This document shows positions 24,864 to 31,484 of a stretch of DNA of 31,484 bases, piece after piece; position 1 is the stretch's first letter, and each line of letters begins with the position of its first letter. The notes below the pieces were generated by a model. That model worked only from the letters and a program-made list of their open reading frames with translations. It searched no databases and was not told the DNA's origin. A program made the position numbers and the translations under genes. Origin of the DNA: an uncultured Litorilinea sp. (GTDB lineage: Bacteria; Chloroflexota; Anaerolineae; Caldilineales; Caldilineaceae); assembly GCA_937922105.1 (NCBI GenBank), contig CAKZVN010000320.1, positions 1-31,484 on the forward strand, given 5' to 3'.

Positions 24864-26255
24864 TTAGCCCTGGGCGGCGGCGTTGCCCCGCGGCGCCGCG
24901 GCGACCGCGTGCTGCGCGGCCCGCCGCCCGAAGACCAAGCCCAGACACAGCCCCCCGGCATATTGTGCGTTGTGGATGCCGCCTGCGTCCGCGCCCGCGG
25001 CGTAGAGACCGGGAATGGGCAGCCCGCGGCGGTCCAGCACCTGCGCGTCGCCGTTGACAGCCAAGCCGCCCAGCGTAAAGGTGATGCCCGGCGTCAGCCC
25101 CACCGCGTAGAAGGGGGGCGTGGTCAAGGGGTAGGCGTGGTCGCGACGGGGCACAGCCAACCGATGGGCCGCGCCCGCAGCCACCGCGGCGTTGTAGGCG
25201 TGCAGCGTCTCCAGCAGCCCCGGCGCATAGACGCCGAACTCCTCCAGCCCCGCCGCCAGCTCGCCCAAGCTCGCAGCCTGGACGGTGGGCGCGCCCAGCG
25301 CAGCGGACTCGTGAAAGGTGTCGCTCGCCCGTGCGCCGCCCCCCGCCGCGCGCACGGCAAAGTCACGGTAGACCACCGCGTCGTAGATCACAAAGGCCAA
25401 CGCGTCGGGTTGGCGCGCCACGGCTTGCGCGCTGGTCTCGTCGCCCAGCGACTCGTCAGTGAAGCGCGCACCCAGCCGGTTGACCAAGACCGCCTGGGCC
25501 GTGTGGTAGTGGGTATAGGCGATGAAGTCGTGGGTGGGGACGACCGCGGGCGGCGCGGGCAGCAAATGACCATAGAAGCTGCTCATCGCCCGGCTGCCCG
25601 CCGCGCCGATGGCTTGGGCCAACAACAGCCCGTCGCCTGTGCTGTGGGGGTTGCTGCGCAAAATGAGGCGGTCGGCGTTGGGGCCGAAATAGCGGGCGCG
25701 CAGCTCCGGGTTGGCCTGAAAACCGCCTGTTGCCAAGATCACCGCGTGGGCCGGGTAGAGGGTGCGCAGACCGTCTGCAGGGTGGACCAGCGCGCCGGTC
25801 ACCGCGCCGTGCGCGTCGGTCGCCAGCCCCGCCAGCGCGCTGCGGGTGTGCAGCGTGCCGCCCGCGGCTATGAAGGCGTCCACGAGTTGGGCGACCGCAG
25901 CGCGCGGCCCCGGCTGCATGAGATAGACCACGCGGTCGGGCAAGGAGGGCTGGCGGCTGAGCGTCACCCCTTGCTCGCGCAGCCAGTCCACGCCCGCGGC
26001 GAACTCCTCCACCAAGATGCGGCCCAGGTGGGGGTCGCCCAGGGGAACCAGGCGGCGCAGGTCGGCGTAGGAGGCGGCGCACCACAGCGTGCCGCCGGAG
26101 AGGGCCAACGAGCCGCCGGGCGCGTCGCCCTTTTCCAAGAGGATCACCCGCGCGCCGGCGGCTTGGGCCTGGCGCGCGGCCACCAGCCCAGCCATGCCGG
26201 CTCCGGCAACAATTACCGTGGGGGCGGCAGGGTCGGACAAGTCGGAGGGGGACAT
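24864..26255 (-). CDS. FAD-dependent oxidoreductase (fumarate reductase/succinate dehydrogenase flavoprotein-like family)
   Basis: VIVAGAGMAG, LLEKG...GGSLALSGG, VILATGGF, STGDG, TFTLGGL, IPGLYAAG; substrate unknown. Confidence 0.88.
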   Translation of the reverse strand: MSPSDLSDPAAPTVIVAGAGMAGLVAARQAQAAGARVILLEKGDAPGGSLALSGGTLWCAASYADLRRLVPLGDPHLGRILVEEFAAGVDWLREQGVTLSRQPSLPDRVVYLMQPGPRAAVAQLVDAFIAAGGTLHTRSALAGLATDAHGAVTGALVHPADGLRTLYPAHAVILATGGFQANPELRARYFGPNADRLILRSNPHSTGDGLLLAQAIGAAGSRAMSSFYGHLLPAPPAVVPTHDFIAYTHYHTAQAVLVNRLGARFTDESLGDETSAQAVARQPDALAFVIYDAVVYRDFAVRAAGGGARASDTFHESAALGAPTVQAASLGELAAGLEEFGVYAPGLLETLHAYNAAVAAGAAHRLAVPRRDHAYPLTTPPFYAVGLTPGITFTLGGLAVNGDAQVLDRRGLPIPGLYAAGADAGGIHNAQYAGGLCLGLVFGRRAAQHAVAAAPRGNAAAQG

Positions 26256-26464
26256 GAGGAGGCTTCCTTTCCGGACTGTCGGAATTCTTTCAGTCACACA
26301 ACCGTGTCGGAGCGCCCAGGGCGTGAATCCTGGGCGGCGCGTGCGCATTCGTTGCAACCCGGCGCATCCTTTTTACGTAGTAGGTTCGGGCCGGCCGACC
26401 CACCGACAGCCGCCAACTTTCGGGCTGGCTATTGCAAAGAAGACTATCGCAAAAAGGAGTCACC

Positions 26465-26875
26465 ATGTCCCTTTTCACCCGCGCAACGCGCCCGATCCAC
26501 CGCAACCTGCTCGTGTGGGGCCTGCTCTTGCTCTTGCCCATCCTCAGTGCGTGTGGAGGGCGTCCGCCTGCGCCGGCCGCCGCGTCGCGCACTGCCGATA
26601 CACCGGCGAACGGGGCCGCGCTCTATGCAAGCCACTGCGCCAATTGCCACGGCGCCCAGGCCGAAGGCCGCACCCATGTCGGCCCCGCTTTGGTGGGCAA
26701 TCCCTTTGTAGACACGCGCAGCGATGACGAGCTGTTGGCTTTCCTCCAGGTCGGTCGCCCGGTCAACGACCCGACCAATCGCAGCGGCATCCCCATGCCC
26801 CCACGCGGCGGCGCTAAGCTCGACGACGACCAGCTGCACGCCATCATTGATTGGCTGCGCAGCCGTGTGCGCTAA
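26465..26875 (+). CDS. Monoheme cytochrome c lipoprotein
   Basis: LSAC lipobox, CANCH heme motif, distal Met in GIPMPPRGG; AAGGAG RBS. Confidence 0.92.
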   Translation: MSLFTRATRPIHRNLLVWGLLLLLPILSACGGRPPAPAAASRTADTPANGAALYASHCANCHGAQAEGRTHVGPALVGNPFVDTRSDDELLAFLQVGRPVNDPTNRSGIPMPPRGGAKLDDDQLHAIIDWLRSRVR

Positions 26876-27053
26876 CCCACGCGGTGGGACCCTAGACGCG
26901 CCGCGCCGGCTCCTTGTCCGCAGGCAGCCGGTTCGCGTCCTTTCCCCGCGCCCGTTCCTACGCAGGAGGATACTGCAAGCCCTTGTCGCATGTCAACGGG
27001 CCGCGCGTGCGACGGTTTGCCGTGGACGGCGGCGGTGTGAGCCAAAGCGCCCC

Positions 27054-28175
27054 TTATGCCTTGCGCGGGGTGGCGGGCCGCGACCAGGCGCGGCGATAGG
27101 CCAAGTAGCCGGTGAGGGCGCGCTCGGCCTCTGCCAAGCCGGTGACCTGGACCAACGTGCGGCGCAGATGGCTGGCGCCGGGCAGGCCGCGCACATACCA
27201 CGCCAGGTGCTTGCGCATGGGCAGGAAGTGATAGCGGTCGCCCTGGCGCGCCAAGTGGGCGTCATAAAGGCGAGCGTGTTCCAGGGCAATGGAGAGCAGG
27301 CGTAGCCCGTCCGGGTCGCCGGTGGGCGCGGCGTGGAAGACGAAGGGGTTGCCATAGGCCGCGCGCCCGATGAGCGCGCCGTCTAGCCCCAGCTCGGTGC
27401 AGCGTTGCACGGCTTGATCGCGCGAGGCCAAGTCGCCGTTGCCCAGCAGCAGCGTGCCGGAGCCGCGCGCCAAGTCCGCGGCGCGGGCAATGGCGTCCCA
27501 GTCCGCCTCGCCCCGATAGCCCTGGACCAGCGTGCGTCCGTGCAGGGTGATGGCGGCGGGCTGCGCCTCCAGCAGGCGCGGAATCCACTCGGCGACTTGG
27601 TCCGTGTGATAGCCGATGCGCGTCTTGACGCTGACAGGCACGGGCCGCCGCGCTTGGTAGGCCGCGGGCAGGCGCGCGGCGCGTGCGCGCACAGCCTGGG
27701 CTAGCGCAGGGGGCACGGCGGGACAATCGCGCTCGTCCGCGCCATTTTGCCAATCGCGAATGCCCTGGCGCGTGGCGGCGAGGATGGCTTGCGCGGTGGC
27801 GGGCGTGCGGATCAGCCCGGCCCCCGCGCCGCGCGCGGCAATGCTCTTGCTGGGGCAGCCCATGTTGAGGTCAATGCCGTCGAAGCCCAGGCGGCAGAGC
27901 AGGATGGCGGCTTGGCGAAAGCGCTCCGGCAAGTGACCGTAAAGCTGCCCCAGGATGGGGCGCTGGCTTTCGTCATAGAGCAGGTCGCGCAGCAGCACCT
28001 CCGCCCCCGCGCAGAGACCGTCCACGCTGGTAAACTCGGTGAAGAGCAGCGCAGGACCGCCATACTTTTTGTGGATGTGACGACAGGCGTGGTCGGTGAC
28101 GCTGTTCATGGGCGCCAGGCCGATGAGCGGGCGGGGCAGCGTCTGCCAAAAGGTGGCGTGGGGGGTCAGGCTCAT
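27054..28175 (-). CDS. tRNA-dihydrouridine synthase (Dus family)
   Basis: [55 protein letters not shown]. Confidence 0.92.
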   Translation of the reverse strand: MSLTPHATFWQTLPRPLIGLAPMNSVTDHACRHIHKKYGGPALLFTEFTSVDGLCAGAEVLLRDLLYDESQRPILGQLYGHLPERFRQAAILLCRLGFDGIDLNMGCPSKSIAARGAGAGLIRTPATAQAILAATRQGIRDWQNGADERDCPAVPPALAQAVRARAARLPAAYQARRPVPVSVKTRIGYHTDQVAEWIPRLLEAQPAAITLHGRTLVQGYRGEADWDAIARAADLARGSGTLLLGNGDLASRDQAVQRCTELGLDGALIGRAAYGNPFVFHAAPTGDPDGLRLLSIALEHARLYDAHLARQGDRYHFLPMRKHLAWYVRGLPGASHLRRTLVQVTGLAEAERALTGYLAYRRAWSRPATPRKA

Positions 28176-28246
28176 GGGGTGGACGGTCTTCCTCTCCGCT
28201 GTCGGGTCCGGTGTCGGGCTGGGGCCGGTCGCCCGGTCTAGGCGGG

Positions 28247-28276
28247 AGTATAGCCCGCCCGGCCCCCCCTTGCCAA
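28247..28276 (-). promoter_or_regulatory. Sigma70-type promoter of the dus gene
   Basis: Minus strand TTGGCA, 18 bp, TATACT. Confidence 0.45.
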
Positions 28277-28364
28277 GCCCGGAGGGACGGTGAACCGGCA
28301 GGCGATGCAGCGATGCTCCCCACCGGCGGTTGCGTCGCCGGTGGGGAGCATCGCGCCCACGCGC

Positions 28365-29741
28365 TCAGAATTCGATCAGCACGCTCACCAGGGTGAAGTA
28401 GAGCGCCAGCCCGGTGAAGTCCTTGATGGTGGTGATGAAGGGGTCCGCGCCGGGCGCATGGTCGAAGCCCAGCTTCATGAGCAGCCAGGGCAGGAAGAAG
28501 CCCAGGAAGGTCGCCAGCGTCACCACCGTGAAGATCGCCACGCCCAGGGCAATCCCGATCTGGGGGATGCCGTTGGGGATGCCTTGCCACTGCCAGGCGA
28601 TGACCCCGGTGACCACGCCCAGGATCACGCCCATGACCAAGCCCACCAACACCTCACGACCGATGTGCCGCCAGAAGCGCTCCAGCTTGATATGACCCAG
28701 CGCCACGCCGCGGGCAAAGGTGGTGGTGGACTGCGTGCCCACGTTGCCGCCCATGTCCATGACGATGGGGATGAAGATGGCGGCGGTCAGGATCGCCGCC
28801 AGCGTGTCCTCGAAGGTCTCGATCAGGCTGCCCACCGCCAGCCCGCCCACCACCGTCACCAAGAGAAAGACGATGCGCAGGCCCACGGCATACCAGATGG
28901 GTCCCTGGGTGAGCTTTTGGCTGTGGATGACGTCGCGCTCGCGGCGCACATCCACAATGCCCGCTTTTTGATAGAAGAGTTCGGAGGCTTCCTCCTCCAG
29001 GACATCAATCACGTCGTCGAACGCCACCACGCCCACCATGCGCTTCTCTTTGTCCACCACCGGCAGGGCGACCAGGTCATGCTGCTTGAGCAGCCGCGCC
29101 GCGACCAGGCGCTTTTCCGTCGCGCCCACATAGATGTCCGCGTCTTCGATCAAATCGCCCACCAACGTCTGCGGCGCGGCCTTGACCAGCGCCGCCAACG
29201 AGACCAAGCCCTGGTAGACGCGGCCCTCGTCAATCACAAAGAGCGTGCGCAGCTCGTCGCGGTCCAGCTCGGAGGCGCGCACCGCAGCCAAGGCCTCGGC
29301 GACGGTGTCGGTCGCGCGCACGGCGAGATAGCGGGGGTTCATGATGCGCCCGGCGCTCTCCTCGGGGTAGCCCAGCAGCACATTGACCGCGGCGCGCGCC
29401 TCCGGGCTGAGAGCCAGCAGCAGGCGCTTGGTGACTTTGGCGGGCAGCTCGTCGAAGATGGCTGCGCGCTGGTCGGGGTGTAGCTCCTCCAAGAGCTGGA
29501 CCGCGTCGGGCGCGGTCATGGCTTGCACCAGCTCGCTTTGGTCTGCGCCGTCCAGCCGCTCGAAGACTTCGATGGCGCGGTTCTTGTCCAAGAGACGAAA
29601 GAGAATCACACGCTGGGCTTTGGGCAGTTGTTGCATCACCCCGATGATCATGGGGGTGGACCAGTTGGCCTGGTGGTCGTTGATGGTGCGCCAATCCTGC
29701 TTGGCGACCAGCTCCTTGAGGTCCATGTAGACGTGGGTCAT
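28365..29741 (-). CDS. mgtE: Magnesium transporter MgtE
   Basis: N-terminal helical domain, YPEESAGRIM, two CBS domains, FIPIVMDMGGNVGTQS, DHAPGADPFITTIKDF. Confidence 0.96.
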   Translation of the reverse strand: MTHVYMDLKELVAKQDWRTINDHQANWSTPMIIGVMQQLPKAQRVILFRLLDKNRAIEVFERLDGADQSELVQAMTAPDAVQLLEELHPDQRAAIFDELPAKVTKRLLLALSPEARAAVNVLLGYPEESAGRIMNPRYLAVRATDTVAEALAAVRASELDRDELRTLFVIDEGRVYQGLVSLAALVKAAPQTLVGDLIEDADIYVGATEKRLVAARLLKQHDLVALPVVDKEKRMVGVVAFDDVIDVLEEEASELFYQKAGIVDVRRERDVIHSQKLTQGPIWYAVGLRIVFLLVTVVGGLAVGSLIETFEDTLAAILTAAIFIPIVMDMGGNVGTQSTTTFARGVALGHIKLERFWRHIGREVLVGLVMGVILGVVTGVIAWQWQGIPNGIPQIGIALGVAIFTVVTLATFLGFFLPWLLMKLGFDHAPGADPFITTIKDFTGLALYFTLVSVLIEF

Positions 29742-29777
29742 GGGTCAACGCTCCTCTCTGTGGTGGAAACCAGTAAA

Positions 29778-29869
29778 GTCACACGAGCCGGGCCGCCGGC
29801 ATCGCCGGCGGGGTTGGGTCGGCGGGCGCACGCCGCAGCCCCACGAGGAGCGCGTCCCGCTCGTGTGAC
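29778..29869 (-). other. Structured element directly upstream of the mgtE RBS
   Basis: Perfect 11-bp closing stem GTCACACGAGC/GCTCGTGTGAC enclosing two small hairpins. Confidence 0.55.
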
Positions 29870-29874
29870 GGCAA

Positions 29875-30093
29875 TCAGCCGCTGGAGCGTTGCACCTCCT
29901 GGGCGCGGGGATACGGTTGTCGCCGGGCGAGTCGGCTTCCCGCCCACGGCGCGGGAAGCCGGTCTTCGTCTATTGCGCCCTCGTCCATCCTGTCTGTGTT
30001 CATGCTGTCTGTGTCCATGCTGTCTGTGTTCATCGCGCGTTCAGGCCTCCTGCCTGCAGCTGTCCTGTGTTGGTGTCTACTGCCTTCGTCCAT
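29875..30093 (-). CDS. Possible 72-aa leader/small ORF with M(N/D)TDS tandem repeat
   Basis: AAAGGAG RBS 6 nt before the ATG; 15-bp tandem repeat three times at 29986-30030; no recognisable family. Confidence 0.35.
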   Translation of the reverse strand: MDEGSRHQHRTAAGRRPERAMNTDSMDTDSMNTDRMDEGAIDEDRLPAPWAGSRLARRQPYPRAQEVQRSSG

Positions 30094-30147
30094 ACGCTCT
30101 CCTTTCCTAGCGGTTGGCGGGCGGCGGGGGGCGGGTCGGGGGAGAGC

Positions 30148-31119
30148 CTAGCCGCTGCGCGCGCCTGGGGTGCGTTTGCGATAGAAAAAGCGCCGGTATT
30201 GGCGAGAGACAGGCGTGGCAGTGGTCGCGTTGCTGCGCGGGCGCTCCGGCTCGTTGAGGTCCTGGAGCAACTGCGGGTTTGCCAGCTTGGCTGGGTCCAC
30301 CGGCGGATCGCCCGCCAGGGCCGCAACTGGTTGCGTCAGCGCGTCCGCATCCTCCACTTCCAGCGCAGCCACATCCACGCGGGCAATGGACTTGACCACC
30401 ATCAACTGCTGCACCACCCGCGCCAGGTGCGTCGGGCGGAGGGGACGGCTCAGTTCCACGCGCAAGACCGCGGTCTCGCCCGCGCTGGGCAACAGGGTGG
30501 CGCGCTTGACAGGCACGTCCAGCCGGTCCAGCGCGGTGAGCGCCTTGCCCACGGCGCGGTGGTCGTCCTTGAGATGAATCTTAAGGTCGTTGGCGGCTTC
30601 CCCGCGGCCCAAGCGCGCCTCCACCCGTTCCAACGTGGTGAGGGTGAAGAGGATAAACAGCGTGGTGACCGCAGCCAGCGCGCCCAGACCGACGCCGGTG
30701 GCGATGCCGATACCCGCGGACCCCCAGATGCTGGCGGCGGTGGTCAGCCCGCGCACGGTGGTGCCGTGGCGCAAGATGGCGCCCGCGCCCAGAAAGCCGA
30801 TGCCGGAGACCACATAGCTGGCGACGCGCATGGGGTCGCGCATCTCGGCGTTGGGCAAGGCGTAGGCGCCTGCCATGGTCATCAGACACGCGCCCAGCCC
30901 CACCAGGATGTGGGGCCGGAAACCGCTGGCGCGCTCATGCTCCGAGCGTTCCAGCCCGATTAGGCCGCACAACAGCAACACCACCACCAGCCGCCCGATG
31001 AGCACCGGGTCCACCACCCCCACCACCGGCAGCAGGAGTTGCCACGTCTGCTCCAGGAGGGGAGCGCCTGTTTGTCCCAGTTGCTCCCAGAGTTGTTGAA
31101 GCAAGAGATTCCAGTCCAT
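30148..31119 (-). CDS. mgtC: MgtC/SapB-family protein with C-terminal ACT-like domain
   Basis: GLIGLERS...ASGFRPHILVGLGA, DPMRVASYVVSGIGFLGAGAI, VRGLTTAASIW. Confidence 0.93.
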   Translation of the reverse strand: MDWNLLLQQLWEQLGQTGAPLLEQTWQLLLPVVGVVDPVLIGRLVVVLLLCGLIGLERSEHERASGFRPHILVGLGACLMTMAGAYALPNAEMRDPMRVASYVVSGIGFLGAGAILRHGTTVRGLTTAASIWGSAGIGIATGVGLGALAAVTTLFILFTLTTLERVEARLGRGEAANDLKIHLKDDHRAVGKALTALDRLDVPVKRATLLPSAGETAVLRVELSRPLRPTHLARVVQQLMVVKSIARVDVAALEVEDADALTQPVAALAGDPPVDPAKLANPQLLQDLNEPERPRSNATTATPVSRQYRRFFYRKRTPGARSG

Positions 31120-31290
31120 GTCGCCACCTCGCCGGCTGGATCAAGGGTTGGAGCCGGGCGCGCCAAGCCGGCGCGCCCAGAGACTGCCGGACCATGCCGG
31201 CAGCGGCGCAGCCCCCCAACCGGGCGCGCGCGGCTACGGCATGGCAAGCACACAATTCACTTGGAAGCACACGGCTGCGGAGCATCAACT

Positions 31291-31381
31291 CCTCGTCCGG
31301 GAAGCTGCGAGCTTTCCGGACGAGGGCGCGCCAAGCGCTTGGCGCGCGGGGCAATTCAATGCCCCGACCGGCGTCCGGTCG
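31291..31381. other. Four abutting hairpins upstream of mgtC
   Basis: Stems at 31291-31325, 31326-31347, 31348-31365 and 31365-31381. Confidence 0.65.
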
Positions 31382-31484
31382 AGGCACACAACGCGAGAGG
31401 AGTCCCTGCGAGGCTTAGACCGGACGGCGGCGATGCATCTGGGCAACAGCGCTGTGCTGCAACCTTCTACTACCGGAACCGTCC

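Noticed and set aside
31481-31484. The window ends with GTCC, the same as its first four bases, hinting at a circular 31.5-kb plasmid.
   Set aside because: A 4-bp overlap is expected by chance, and the join would not restore the T that begins the other palindrome copies.
31120-31484. M-box (ykoK) riboswitch upstream of mgtC or mgtE.
   Set aside because: Only a fragmentary resemblance (GCTGTTGCCCAGA); the UAGGUGAGG and GUCGAGAGAC elements are not found. It could lie beyond the window.

Overview
High-GC bacterial DNA. The gene set (Tat-lipoprotein sugar-binding protein, sqr-DUF1641-tusE-dsrE cluster, AbrB/PIN modules, short intergenic tandem repeats) suggests Chloroflexota, possibly Caldilineaceae-like; this is inference only. 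The first ~4.4 kb looks like a complete plasmid/chromid replication-partition cassette on the - strand: rep, then parA, parB and an AbrB-PIN toxin-antitoxin pair whose toxin carries an in-frame amber stop. The cassette has candidate cis elements: three dyad-symmetric ~21-bp iterons plus a T/G-rich tract inside rep, four copies of a non-canonical 17-bp palindrome TGTCCGCAGTGCGGACA (candidate parS), and a rep leader with a long hairpin, an anti-SD/SD switch and a counter-transcribed promoter-terminator unit (candidate antisense copy-control RNA). The rest of the window holds an MFS-HEAT fusion, an orphan eCIS-core (DUF4157) protein with a glutamine-synthetase/amidoligase-like C-terminus, an acidic secreted triple-repeat protein, a sugar ABC/oxidoreductase cluster, kdgD, a Phd-PIN pair, a DUF268-like protein, an HTH-PocR regulator with a sulfide-oxidation cluster, a flavoprotein, a lipoprotein cytochrome c, a Dus enzyme, and mgtC/mgtE with structured upstream regions. 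No rRNA, tRNA, CRISPR array, integrase or transposase was recognised. Family calls come from motif recognition by eye; no database search was run.
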